A stretch of 64,000 nt of DNA from Tubulanus polymorphus (GCF_964204645.1 NC_134030.1:4072778-4136777); one strand, 5' to 3'. Positions 1-13,445 are shown, counted from the stretch's first letter. Numbers and translations are program-made. The notes: generated by a model not told the origin, from the sequence alone.

Positions 1-238
1 TGAAGCATTTACCATCCTCGCATTACCTCTTACAACACCTTATTAACTAAGGTTCATTGTGCTTCTCATGATGCTGAAGCATTTACCATCCTTGCATTAC
101 CTCTTACAACACCTTATTAACTAAGGTTCATTTTGCTTCTCATGATGCTGAAGCATTTACCATCCTTGCATTACCTCTTACAACACCTTATTAACTAAGG
201 TTCATTGTGCTTCTCATGATGCTGAAGCATTTACCATT
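1..238. repeat. 74-bp tandem repeat, ~3.2 copies (may extend left of the window)
   Basis: TGAAGCATTTACCATC recurs at 1, 75, 149 and 223; the unit contains hairpins ACCTTA-TTAAC-TAAGGT and TGCTTC...GAAGCA. Confidence 0.95.
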
Positions 239-1410
239 TTTGCATGGTCTTTCTTATGAGTCATCTATTCTAACGCTATGGTCGGCCGTTGCAAAATCTC
301 TTTCGGGATAAGCAGGGAATCAATTCCTATAATAACTCCTATGGAGTTTGAAAAAGGTGGATTTTTCAAATCAAAAGGAACAGCATTCACATGTGATTCC
401 TTATCGAACTAGGAAGGTGGAGAAGGAATAGCTATGTTTCACACATAATGCGTTTCCTTATGAAGCTGAAAATAACGTGGAGAAGGAACAGCTATGTTTC
501 ACATAATGCGATTCCTTAGGAAACTACATTGAAACAGATTGTTCAATGTTCCATGTTGCCCCTCCCCACAAATACTATGACGTTTATACGTCAATTGTAA
601 AACGATTATATCGTTATTAACATACTTGTTTTTCTAATTACAGAATTAAAGATTAATTTAATATGACATGAAAACTTGAATGATTGAAATGTTAATATCT
701 AATGCTCAACAACGCATGAAAATCCTTCACATGTGAGCGGAAGGATTGAAAATGTTTACTCAGGAAGGAAAAGGAATATATATTTATATACGTGAGATTG
801 CCTGGATTAAAAATTGCACAAGAAAGGAAACCACAGCAAAGACTATGGTAATCAATTTCATCACATTTCTAAGGTGCGAAAGTTCGCTGGATCAGTGATC
901 AATCAATGAATTTATGAGTTCTTAATTGAACATGGAAAATCTGCAAAAATGCAATGATAAAGAATCTTGGATAAAAAAAGAATAAAATAAAGATCTTGGA
1001 TTAGAGATTTAGTCGTAATCACTTCAGTGATCAGGTTTTATTGATTGATATTGATCTCTACTTATTCTAACGATCACCAGGATGATGATTTGAGTTTAAG
1101 ATTCTTGTTAGATTAATCTGCATCTCTTGTTGAAATCAATAAGGCATATGAGAGAGGAGGTCTGAGATATGAGAGAGGCAGTTGGGGAGGTATGAGAGTG
1201 GAGGTTCAGGAGAGTGGAGGTTCAGGAGAGAGGAGGTTCAGGGAATATGAAAGTTTATGGAGATATAGTAGAGAGTGTATGGAAGTATGATAGAGGAGTT
1301 TAAGGAGATATCATAGAGGAGATTGTCTTAAAGGAAAATTGTTAAGTTCATAACAATCGAGCAACTCGGTAATAGACACCGCTCTGATAAAGTAACGTCT
1401 TCTGGTCCTC

Positions 1411-1545
1411 GATTGCGGTCTGAATTGCAAGAATTGTGTTAAGCAATTTAAATATGGTTGATAGAGCGTGGAATTGTTTCCATGTAGGCATGCAATGCAC
1501 AAAACACACATCAGATTAAGGCTGTTGAGAGGGAATTATCAATAG
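1411..1545 (+). pseudogene. Disrupted RING-H2-like zinc-finger fragment
   Basis: Manual translation DCGLNCKNCVKQFKYG**SVELFPCRHAMHKTHIRLRLLRGNYQ* fits C-x2-C...C-x-H-x2-H, with two in-frame stops and the last Cys pair lost. Confidence 0.5.
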
Positions 1546-3904
1546 ATTTAAGAAATCGACGATGAATTTGGTTTCAAGAGGTTGATCATTCATATGGCAG
1601 TTAATCAGATCAGGTTCTCAGGCACTTCCTTGGTCCCCAAAAACTGCATAAGTTGTATCAAAGTATGTGATATAACCTACTAATTTATTACATGAAAAGA
1701 GGCTACTTGTAGTTTCTCAGCCACTTCACAATTATTGTTGCAAAGAGGTCCCAAAATCCGACCAGCACCACCAATAGATTTCTACAGAACAGTTAGTGTT
1801 GTAATTTTTGTGGTTCCAGTTTTTTTTTCACTGTCCGAGATAATAGAAAATTCCTAAATTTTGAGTCCTTCAGTGCTGAAATTCCATTTTATCACAAATT
1901 TTAAGTTTCCTAATCTTAACTTTGCAAAAATTTGAACTTTTCCTATTCTATTTCTTGTCAAAGATTTCATTCCAGTTCTCAAAATTATTTGCAGTTTTTT
2001 AATGTCTGCGAAATATCGTCAGTTATTTTCCTGGTTTCATATTTATTATTGCCCAAAATCATATCTCATATGAATTATTATTACTATTATTGGATTTTTT
2101 TCGCTGATTGATTATAGATCTTTTGGGGTTTGGTTTGATATTATGATTGATCAAGGTGATCCATCTAAAACTGTTTCATAAATTTTGAAATATTCATATT
2201 TGAAAACAATTTCGTTGATACTTCTAAACTAGTAATTCTACAAAAATTCTAAAAACAATTTTACACGTATCTTACGACTATTCTAGAAATGAGAATTATA
2301 TCAATTTTAATGTAACTATTTTATCTGAATTTTTAATCTATTAAAGTAACTATTTTATATCTGAATTTTGAAATACCTATGATATCTAAAAACTATTTAT
2401 CTGAATTTTAATCTATTAAGGTAACTATTTTATATCTGAATTTTAAAATACCTATGATATCGAAAAACTATTTTATCTGAATATTATACTATTTAATTTG
2501 TGTGTATTTTATCTCAAAGTATCTTTAAACTATTTTATTTGTATGTATATAAAAAAAGTATTTCATTTGTATATATTTTAAAACTATTTAATTTGTACAT
2601 ATTCTTTTAGAACAATGTTTTTTTTGTATTATAATACTAGCTAAAAGTTCAATGTGATGAAATATTTTATATTTGACTATCACTATGTATATTCTAACCT
2701 CAGTGATTTCATGAATGGAATAACTGAAGGTCCAGGTTTTATCACCGAATACTCTTTGACACAATTACGTGGTCCACAACACATATATAAATAGTGGTTA
2801 TATAAAAGGCCCGTGTTGTATATAATGCACGCATAAAGAGCTTTTACTCATAGTTGATATAGGCTCAGTAAACATGACATGTGTTCGAGAACTTTTTCTC
2901 GTACTTATTTTACCTTTTTTCTTGAGAATTTTTTTTTTCAATTTTCTATTTTACAACGGAAGATCTACTCATTTTTCGTAGATGTTTCACTATCATGGAA
3001 TGCGATAAATAATAAGAAACAGTCCAAGTGTATTTTTGATAGGATATTTTCAGCTTCCCGACGTATGAAATTGACATAGGTTATTCAAGCCTAGGTTCAG
3101 AAAATCACTACTAGGTGGCATGTCAGATTATTACCGTAGTTCAATTACATCAAATGAATATGATAACATAACCACTTGTAGTACGAACAGTAACAACAAA
3201 CTTAATTTTCCTGCACAAGATACAGAAAGTCCAATACTATTTCTGAATTAGAATTTCCTCTAGCCTAAATGCTAGCGGTCATGTTATTATTTTTATCCAA
3301 CGTCGTCACGGCTTTTTCAAAACTCGTCTTTGAACGTAATGATAATCTATAGTATTTTTGGAAATGATATAGATCAACACAAATTTGATGTCATCATAAC
3401 AAAATATGTCGCTGAAAACATCATATGAAAAATACACTCCGATTGTTTTTTTTTATTTATTTCGTTCCATACAAAACCGTACTCAGCTCCACAGTTTGAT
3501 TCGGATACAAGACTTACAAGAATTTAGATACATGAAATTACATAACTGTTGAACTGGGTTTTGTTAAGTTGTGAGCATGACGTTTATAATTCACTAGTGT
3601 GTTTGTTTCAAGTTAGCCTTATTTTAAATTAGTTAGATTTGGTTTAGTTATTTGTATCAATTTTTGCTGTTTTGAATTTAATTCGTTCCAGTTGATTTAA
3701 ATCTAGTTTAGTTTAAGTTTTAGTTAGTTTAGGTCAAGTTGATTTACTAAATGCAGTTAACTTAAAACCTCTGATAAACTGAGGGTCTATTTATCTTATG
3801 ATAAGTTACACTCAGGTACATTAATCAATAATCCCGTTTAAGATCTCATTATTTTATGCAGTTTAGAGATTTTCACTGAATAGAATAGTAACAATAGAAT
3901 GTGA

Positions 3905-4447
3905 TGGGAACTGAGGGTAAATTCATCATTGTTGAAATTACTCTCAGGATCATCATTAAAACAATGAATGATCTGAGGGTAAATTCATCATTGTTGAAAT
4001 TACTCTCAGGATCATCATTAAAACATGAATGAATTGAGGGTAAATTCATCATTGTTGAAATTACCCTCAGGATCATCATTAAAACAATGAATGAACTGAG
4101 GGTAAATTCATTATTGTTGAAATTACCCTCAGGATCATCATTAAAACAATGAATGAACTGAGGGTGAATTCATCATTGTTGAAATTACTCTCAGGATCAT
4201 CATAAAAACAATGAATGAACTGAGGGTAAATTTATCATGGTTGAAATTACTCTCAGGATCATCATAAAAACAATGAATGAACTGAGGGTAAATTCATCAT
4301 TGTTGAAATTACTCTCAGGATCATCATAAAAACAATGAATGAACTGAGGGTAAATTCATCATTGTTGAAATTACTCTCAGGATCATCATTAAAACATGAA
4401 TGAACTGAGGGTAAATTCATCATTGTTGAAATTGCTCTCAGTTCATT
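3905..4447. repeat. 62-bp tandem repeat, ~8.6 copies, each unit an imperfect palindrome
   Basis: CTGAGGGTAAATTCATCATTGTTGAAATTACTCTCAG recurs every 61-62 bp (3911, 3973, ...). Confidence 0.95.
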
Positions 4448-6259
4448 GAAAATATTTTAGCGTTAACACCAGTTTTAATTACCCCTCCCCCTGTTTTCTT
4501 GTTAATTGATAGTTACATCACAAGTTATAGAATAGATGATTGGGTTTTTTTGGGACCTAAGTGTGTTCACTTTTTATCTGTAATTTGTCTGTTTTGGAAG
4601 CGCTTCAATGGATTGTCTTGAGATTTTGGTTTATGCACATATCTACCCTAGACACGCATCTGCAGCCCAAAACTGACAGAGAATCAAGATAGCTGACTGG
4701 TAGCCATCATGGGAATTGAATTATATACAATTTTTTCATCAGTTTTGGTACCTACGCATTTTACTGCAATCAATTGCAAATTTCTAGCATTGGTTTTTGT
4801 TGTGTTTACCAAGGGCATTGAATATTGAAATTGTCAGATTCTCAAGCATTGCACATGGTGTGGGCATGGTGTCCCTGCACCCTTTGTTTTTTTTATTTTC
4901 TCACTGCTTTCAAGGTTCTCGTACACATTTCATGCAGCTTTTTCATTCAATATCGATGTCCTCACTTGCCAGGTTTTAATTGTCATCTGCCGAAGCTCAT
5001 GCCAACACGATCCTTGGCCGCAAACTCTTCATTGGTCTATTACATTGCTCAAGATTTCCTGGTTAGACAGGTTACCACTGAGCGGCCACCAGTCTATGTA
5101 TTAAGTGAATCGGATGCGTTGTTTTTCGCCGGTAGTTTCGCTACGCATCCGATTGACTGGATATAAAGACTGGTGGCCACTTAGCAGCAACCTGTCGACC
5201 CGAGAGATCTTGGACAACATAATGGACCAATGAAGGGTTTTGCGTGCAGGGTTTGTGTTAGCGTGAGTGCCGGTGGGCGGCAATAAAACCCTGGTGATTG
5301 AGGATGTATCGATGTACATATCAACACATAAATAGGCAAACATTATAGGCGGCATTATTATTGGGAGGTTCACCTGGCCTTATATACTGCGCGGTAAAAA
5401 AACCACTCTTTCTGTGGTTGTGTAGTACCAGTAATTGATGATCATCGAGTGAGTGATTGGCCTGGCCCAGTTATTCCAATTGGAAATCACTTTGGTTTTG
5501 ATTATGATTGGTATAAGATATTTCATCAAATCGATTGACACATTTTATCCGTACTAACACTACTTGTACATATTGTAAAGTTGTAAATAGCTTTTTATTT
5601 ATATTTCTTTTATTTTATCATTTTATATTCTTTTCTTTTATTTTATATTATATTTCTTTTTAGATTTTTAATTGATTTCGATTTTCTAATTGTAAATATT
5701 TTTTAGATATCCTTTTAACTTTGGATTTTTAATGATTATTTAAACTTTTTAAAAGTAATTTTAAAACTTTTTAATTTTCTTAACATCATAATATCTATAC
5801 ATCGAATAGGACTATTTTAGTGCAAATTTTGATATAGATTTAATTGATGATTAATATTTTTAATTTTATTGAATAATTTTAGTATTCAAAACAACAGAAT
5901 GAATGCATTCCATCTTAGTTTGATACTGATATTTCTTTTCACTGGTTTTTCATTGACTCATGTCGAATCTATTGTTTTAGCCACATTTGTACCTATAAGT
6001 TTGGATTAGCCCTGCCTCCTTGACATTGCTGATGGTTGATTTCAGATTTTCAGCGTCTGATAACATTTGGTATTAATTCAATGCTACGTTCTTTTTTGTT
6101 GGTTTTATTTCATATGAACATTTTTAAAGATGACCTTTGTCGAATACTTAGTAGTGCAGAGGTTAAAATAATTATAGAATTTTATAGAATTGTCTAAAAT
6201 ACTGTACCTAGTAACATATGAGTAGTGTTGCTAGTGTACCTCTATTTACAAGTTGTCCT

Positions 6260-7130
6260 GTGGTACGATGTAAAACTGCCTCTTTTAAACAATACGTTTT
6301 AGCAATACATTTTATCAGTGATTTTTATTTGTTTGTCCTGTGGTATGACGTTAAACTGCCTCTTTTTAACAGTTTTTATCATTTTTTATCGTTTTTACCC
6401 ATATGTTTTATTGTTTTTACCCATATGTTTTATCATTTTTATCACCCCTTCTTTTTCTACCTGTCTCTATTCTATCCCTTTCTGTCTCTATCCTATCCCT
6501 CTCTGTCTCTATCCTTTCCCTCTCTGTCTCTATCCTTTCCCTCTCTCTATCCTTTCCCTCTTCTATCTAACCGACTAACTCTCTCTTCTTCTCTCTCTAA
6601 CCCACTAACTCTCTCCTCTCCTTTCTTCCTCTCACCACTCTCCTTCCTACTCCCCCTCTCTCTCTTCTCTCTCCCTCCTCACTCTCCTTTATCTCTCTTT
6701 CTTTTCTCTCTCTCCCTCTCTCTCTTGTAAATATTGTAAATTTGTAAATAGTAGTATTTATTTCTCTTTTTGTATCTTTCTTGTAAATATTGTACATTTG
6801 TAAATAGTGGTTTTTATTTCTCCTTTTTTAACTTTCTTGTAAATATTGTACATTTGTAAATAGTAGTTTTTTTTTCTCTCTCTCTTTTTTAACTTTCTTG
6901 TAAATGTTGTAAATTTGTAAATATTAGTTTTTATTTCTTTTTTTTAACTTTCTTGTAAATTTGTAAATAGTAGTTTTTATTTCTCTTTCTTTTCTAAACT
7001 GTCTCTTTTAAACAATACGTTTTATCAATAGATTTTATCAGCGATTTTTATCTGTTTTGTCCTGTGGTATGACGTTAAACTGCCTCTTTTAAACATACGT
7101 TTTATCAATACATTTTATCAGTAATTTTTA
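6260..7130. repeat. Low-complexity block: CT-rich tract (~6470-6725), TTGTAAATATTGTAAAT-type repeats (~6725-6990), flanked by a ~110-bp direct duplication
   Basis: CTCTTTTAAACAATACGTTTT...GTCCTGTGGTATGACGTTAAACTGCCTCTTTT occurs at ~6280-6370 and ~7003-7092. Confidence 0.85.
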
Positions 7131-7439
7131 AATACATTCGTAGCATTGATACCATTGCAATACATTAGTCCCTCCTCCTTTTGATTAAGTACACCCAATC
7201 ATTTACTAACAAGTGATGGTTAAATACACTTGCAAACTAGCAGATCAGAGATCTCAGGACGCAACATCACTTCAATCCTTATTTCTTGACATATACCTGG
7301 TAATATAAAATGCTCTTTTTAGCTTGTGACAAAATGTCTTTGATATAAGAAGCTACTATTTGCTTAACTAGAATCTTCTTTCAAATATTATAATATCACT
7401 GGTTTGCAATATACTTAACCCTCATTGGTCGCAGCTGTT

Positions 7440-8460
7440 ACAATCATCTCAACAACGATTGAGCATACTTTCTCCTCATTAGTTTGAGGTATAATTCCCC
7501 CTCACTGGTTGCAGTTCACTTCATTTGTTGCAGCTATGAACAATCATCTCAATGATTGAGCATACTTTCTCCTCATTAGTTTGAGGTATAATTCCCCCTC
7601 ACTGGTTGCAGTTCACCTCATTTGTTGCAGCTATGAACAATCATCTCAATGATTGAGCATACTTTCTCCGCATTAGTTTGAGGTATAATTCCCCCTCACT
7701 GGTTGCAGTTCACTTTAGTTGTTGCAGCTATGAACAATCATCTCAATGATTGAGCATACTTTCCCCTTATTAGTTTGAAGTATAATTCCCCCTCACTGGT
7801 TGCAATTCACTTTAGTTGTTGCAGCTATGAACAATCATCTCAATGATTGAGCATACTTTCCCCTTATTAGTTTGAAGTATAATTCCCCCTCACTGGTTGC
7901 AGTTCACTTCATTTGTTGCAGCTATGAACAATCATGTCAATGATTGAGCATACTTTCTCCTCACTGGTTTGAAGTATAATTCCCCCTCACTGGTTGCAGT
8001 TCACCTCATTTGTTGCAGCTATGAACAATCATCTCAATGATTGAGCATACTTTCTCCTCATTAGTTTGAGGTATAATTCCCCCTCACTGGTTGCAGTTCA
8101 CCTCATTTGTTGCAGCTATGAACAATCATCTCAATGATTGAGCATACTTTCTCCTCATTAGTTTGAGGTATAATTCCCCCTCACTGGTTGCAGTTCACTT
8201 TATTTGTTGCAGCTATGAACAATCATCTCAATGATTGAGCATACTTTCTCCTCACCGGTTTGCAGTATAATTCCCCCTCACTGGTTGCAGGTCACTTTAT
8301 TTGTTGCAGCTATGAACAATCATCTCAATGATTGAGCATACTTTCTCCTTATTAGTTCGCAATATTATTCCCCCTCACTGGTTGCAGTTCACTTTATTGG
8401 TTGCAGCTATGAACAATCATCTCGGCATACTTTCCCCTCGCTGGTTCATTGGTTGCAGTT
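7440..8460. repeat. 97-bp tandem repeat, ~10 copies
   Basis: AATGATTGAGCATACTTT at 7551, 7648 and onward; the unit junction contains the palindrome CTCAAT-G-ATTGAG. Confidence 0.95.
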
Positions 8461-8994
8461 TTCAACTTTGGTTTGATGATGATGAATGTTGGTTCTGTAA
8501 ACAGCTCTACGCGAGCAGTTGTCAAAATGTTGAAGTCTTTGCCAGACATGGGTTTGATCTCTCTAAGAAAAAGCTAAAAGGGTTTCGATAAGAATACAGC
8601 ACCTAATATTAAAAGTCTAGAAAAGACTGATTTACATTTGTAAAAACGCTGTGAAAGGTGTATCGCTAGATTTCTCACATGACTCCTCTCCCTCCTCTGA
8701 CAAATAAGTAAGACACAAATCTTTTGTTGACTGCTGAATCAATTGATAGTAGTGAAAGTTTAGTGTTCAGATACAATGAAAGTGTGAAGTTGAGTTTTAA
8801 ACGTTATGTTAGGTAGGTGTACATGCCTCCTCTCTCTCTCTCTCTCGCCTCTCCTCTCTCTCTCATAAACAATTAAATAAGACACTCAATTGTTTGTATA
8901 CATTTAGTTTTTTGCTGTGGTTTTCTCAATAGAAAAGTTTGAACTGCTCATTGATTGCAGCTCATTTCGAACTATGATAAAAGTGAGGTAAAAG

Positions 8995-9197
8995 TGGGTG
9001 AATTACTGCTAAATCAATTGGTAGTGATGAAAGTTAAGTGTTAAAAACACTGTGAGTGAATTAATTACTGCTTAATCAATTAGCAGTGATGAAAGTTAAG
9101 TGTTAAAAACACTCTGGGTGAATTACTGCTAAATCCATTGGTGGTGATGGAAATTAAGTGTTACAAAACACTGTGGCTAAATTACTGCTAAATCAAC
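8995..9197. repeat. ~60-bp tandem repeat, ~3.3 copies
   Basis: AATTACTGCTAAATC...AAGTGTTAAAAACACT recurs at about 9001, 9063, 9121 and 9180. Confidence 0.85.
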
Positions 9198-9269
9198 CTG
9201 ACCTTCTTGAATTGTCAAGTAGAACTGTGAGGTACAAGGAATTGGCAGTGACTTACAACACTGATAGCT

Positions 9270-11830
9270 GCCTTATTCAAATACTGCTCGTTGCTGCTGT
9301 GTGTTTTTGATTTAGAGGTGATATTGAGAATTGTATCTCTTTCCCTTACCTTCGCGTATTACTACATTAAACATTATTACAATAGAATTATTACATTAAA
9401 CATTATAACATCATGAATCATTACATAATTACATTATTAAATTACACTGATGACCTCCTTTAATACTGCTGCTTGCTGCTGGTGTTAATTGATACACTCC
9501 GTTATGGGGTGATATTGAGTGCAGGAGTCTCCTCCTTCCTTCTTCAACTGTCATGTAGAAACTTGACATACGAACTGAATTATCAGTGTGTTACATCACT
9601 GATCACCTCCTTTAATACTGCTGCTTGCTGCTGGGTGTTAATTCTTTGATTTAGAGGTGATATTGAGAATTGTTTCTCTTTCCCTTACCTTCTTGAATTA
9701 TTACATTAAACATTATTACAATAGAATTATTACATTAAACATTATAACATCATGAATCATCCTCCTTAAATACTGCTGCTTGCTGCTTGGTGTTAATTGA
9801 TACACTCTGTTTTGGGGTGATATTGGGTGCAGGAGTCTCCTCCTTCCTTCTTCAACTGTCATGTAGCAGTTTGACAAACGGACTGAATTATCAGTGTGTT
9901 ACATCACTGATGACCTCCTTTAATACTGCTGTTTGCTGCTGGGTGTTAATTGATACACTCTGTTTTGGGGTGATATTGAGTGCAGAAGTCTCCTCCTTCC
10001 TCTTTCAACTGTCATGTAGAAACGTGACAAACGAACTGTATCATCAGTGTGTTACATCACTGATGACCTCCTTCAATACTGCTGCTTGCTGCTGGGTGTT
10101 AATTGATACACTTCGTTTTGGGGTGATATTGAGCGCAGGAGTCTCCTCCTTCCTCCTTCAACTGTCATGTAGAAACGTGACAAACGAACTGAATTATCAG
10201 TGTGTTACATCACTGATGACCTCCTTTAATACTGCTGCTTGCTGCTGGGTGTTAATTCTTTGATTTAGAGGTGATATTGAGAATTGTTTCTCTTTCCCTT
10301 ACCTTCTTGAATTATTACATTAAACATTATTACAATAGAATTATTACATTAAACATTATAACATCATGAATCATCCTCCTTAAATACTGCTGCTTGCTGC
10401 TGGGTTTTAATTGATACACTCTGTTTTGGGGTGATATTGGGTGCAGGAGTCTCCTCCTTCCTTCTTCAACTGCCATGTAGAAACGTGACAAACGAACTGA
10501 ATTATCAGTGTGTTACAACACTGATGACCTCCTTTAATACTGCTGCTTGCTGCTGGGTGTTAATTGATACACTCAGTTTTGGGGTGATATTGGGTGCAGG
10601 AGTCTCCTCCTTCCTTCTTCAACTGTCATGTAGCAGTTTGACAAACGGACTGAATTATCAGTGTGTTACATCACTGATGACCTCCTTAAATACTGCTGCT
10701 TGCTGCTGGGTGTTAATTCTTTGATTTAAAGGTGATATTGAGAATTGTTTCTCTTTCCCTTACCTTCTTGAATTATTACATTAAACATTATTACAATAGA
10801 ATTATTACATTAAACATTATAACATCATGAATCATTACATAATTACATTATCAAATTACACTGATGACCTCCTTTAATACTGCTGCTTGCTGCTGGGTGT
10901 TAATTGATACACTCCGTTATGGGGTGATATTGAGTGCAGGAGTCTCCTCCTTCCTTCTTCAACTGTCATGTAGAAACTTGACATACGGACTGAATTATCA
11001 GTGTGTTACATCACTGATGACCTCCTTCAATACTGCTGCTTGCTGCTGGGTGTTAATTCTTTGATTTAGAGGTGATATTGAGAATTGTTTCTCTTTCCCT
11101 TACCTTCTTGAATTATTACATTAAACATTATTACAATAGAATTATTACATTAAACATTATAACATCATGAATCATTACATAATTACATTATCAAATTACA
11201 CTGATGACCTCCTTTAATACTGCTGCTTGCTGCTGGGTGTTAATTGATACACTCCGTTATGGGGTGATATTGAGTGCAGGAGTCTCCTCCTTCCTTCTTC
11301 AACTGTCATGTAGAAACTTGACATACGGACTGAATTATCAGTGTGTTACATCACTGATGACCTCCTTCAATACTGCTGCTTGCTGCTGGGTGTTAATTGA
11401 TACACTTCGTTTTGGGGTGATATTGAGCGCAGGAGTCTCCTCCTTCCTCCTTCAACTCTCATGTAGAAACGTGACAAACGGACTGAATTGTAAGTGTGTT
11501 ACAACACTGATGGCCTCCTTTAATACTGCTGCTTGTTGCTGGGTGTTAATTGATACACTCTGTTTTGGGGTGATATTGAGTGCAGGAGTCTCCTCCTTCC
11601 TTCGTCAACTGTCATGTAGAAACGTGACAAACGGACTGAATTGTCAGTGTGTTACATCACTGATGACCTCCTTTAATACTGCTGCTTGCTGCTGGGTGTT
11701 AATTGATACACTCTGTTTTGGGGTGATAATGAGTTTAGGAGTCTCCTCCTTCCTTCTTCAACTGTCATGTAGAAACGTGACAAAAGAACTGAATTATCAG
11801 TGTGTTACAACACTGATGACCTCCTTTAAT
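9270..11830. repeat. Satellite with two related monomers (A 153 bp; B 187 bp or ~155 bp) in higher-order arrangement
   Basis: The shared head CTGATGACCTCCTTTAATACTGCTGCTTGCTGCTGGGTGTTAATT (few mismatches) occurs at 9447, 9599, 9907, 10060, 10213, 10521, 10674, 10861, 11014, 11201, 11354, 11507, 11660 and 11813 (truncated). Confidence 0.95.
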
Positions 11831-11844
11831 TTTAAATTTGAATT

Positions 11845-13445
11845 CTAAATTATTCAAAAGAGCTATCCATTGATAGCTTTGTGGTGGTTGTATCATTAAA
11901 ATGGCGCTGGTGTTGGGTCTGTGTACATATTGTATTATATGTCGGTGAATTGGGATTGATTATTTTGTTTCCTGATCGTCCTTATTGCGACTTTACGTTT
12001 TAAATGTATGAATATTCAAAAGAGCTATCCATTGATAGCTTTGTGGTGGTTGCATCTTTGAAATGTCATTGGTGTTGGTTCTGTGTACATATTGTATCAT
12101 ATGTCGCTGAATTATGATTGATTATTTTGTTTCCTGATCGTCCTTATTGCGACTTTACGTTTTAAATGTATAAATATTCAAAGGAGCTATCCATCGATAG
12201 CTATGTGGTAGTTGTATCATTGAAATGTCGCTGGTGTTGGTTCTCTATATATTGAATCATATGTCGCTGAATTATGATTGTTTCTGCTTCCCGATTGTCC
12301 TCATTAGGACTTAATGTTTAGAATTTGAAAATATTGAAAAGAGTTATCCATTGATAGCTTTGTGGTGGTTGTATCTTTCAAATGTCGCTGGTGTTGGTTC
12401 AGTGTATATATTTTGTCGGTGAATTGGGATTGATTATTTTGTTTCCTGATCGTCCTATAACGACTTAATGTTTTAAATGTATAAATATTCAAAAGAGCTA
12501 TCCATTGATAGCTTTGTGGTGGTTTGCATCTTTGAAATGTCGCTGGTGTTGGTTCTGTATATATTGAATCATATGTCGCTGAATTATGATTGATTCTGTT
12601 TCCTGATCGTCCTTATAACGATTTAAAGTTTTGAATGTATAAATATTCAAAGCAGCTATCTATCGATAGCTTTGTGGTGGTTGTATCATTGAAATGTCGC
12701 TGGTGTTGGTTCAATGTATATATTGTAATATATGTCGGTGAATTGGGATTGATTATTTTGTTTCCTGATCGTCCTTATAACGACTTAAAGTTTTAAATGT
12801 ATAAATATTCAAAGGAGCTATCCATCGATAGCTTTGTGGTGGTTGTATCATTGAAATGTCGCTGGTGTTGGTTCTGTGTACATATTGTATCGTATGTCGC
12901 TGAATTATGATTGATTCTGTTTCCTGATCGTCCTTATAACGACTTAAAGTTTTAAATGTATAAATATTCAAAGGAGCTATCCATTGATAGCTTTGTGGTG
13001 GTTGTATCATTGAAATGTCGCTGGTGTTGGTTCAATGTATATATTGTAATATATGTCGGTGAATTGGGATTGATTATTTTGTTTCCTGATCGTCCTTATT
13101 GCGACTTTACGTTTTAAATGTATAAATATTCAAGGTGCTATCCATTGATAGCTTTGTCGTGGTTGCATCTTTGAAATGTCGTTGGTGTTGGTTCTGTGTA
13201 CATATTGTATCATATGTCGCTGAATTACGATTGATTCTGCTTCCCGAATGTCCTCATTACGACTAAACGTTTAGATTGTAAAAATATTCAGAAGAGCTAT
13301 CCATTGATAGCTTTGTGGTGGTTGAATCTTTGAAATATCGCTGGTGTTGGTTCTGTGTATATATGGTATCAGCAAATTATCATTACATACGGAGTTGCGT
13401 TTTAAGATTGTTATATTCAAAGATGCTATTGTTTGATAGCTTAAA
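11845..13445. repeat. ~160-bp tandem repeat, ~10 copies
   Basis: The palindromic core AGCTATC-CATT-GATAGCT (or close variant) occurs at 11861, 12023, 12185, 12342, 12496, 12654, 12816, 12975, ~13136 and 13295. Confidence 0.95.

Noticed and set aside
840-900. HHISKVRKFAGS as a tyrosine-recombinase motif
   Set aside because: Too short, surrounded by stops, and the other catalytic residues were not found.
3905-4447. CRISPR-like array of palindromic repeats
   Set aside because: The sequences between palindromes are near-identical rather than unique spacers; no cas genes; eukaryotic context.
6218-6730. 170-aa Leu/Ser/Phe-rich ORF resembling a membrane protein
   Set aside because: Translation of a CT-rich low-complexity tract.
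9447-11820. CTGATGA...GAAAC in the 153-bp monomer as a hammerhead ribozyme
   Set aside because: I could not build stems I-III with the correct register around the core motifs.
9787-11848. ORFs of 158, 97, 66 and 214 aa with 51-aa repeats
   Set aside because: They arise because the 153-bp monomer is a multiple of 3. They are cut by B monomers and show no domain or gene structure.
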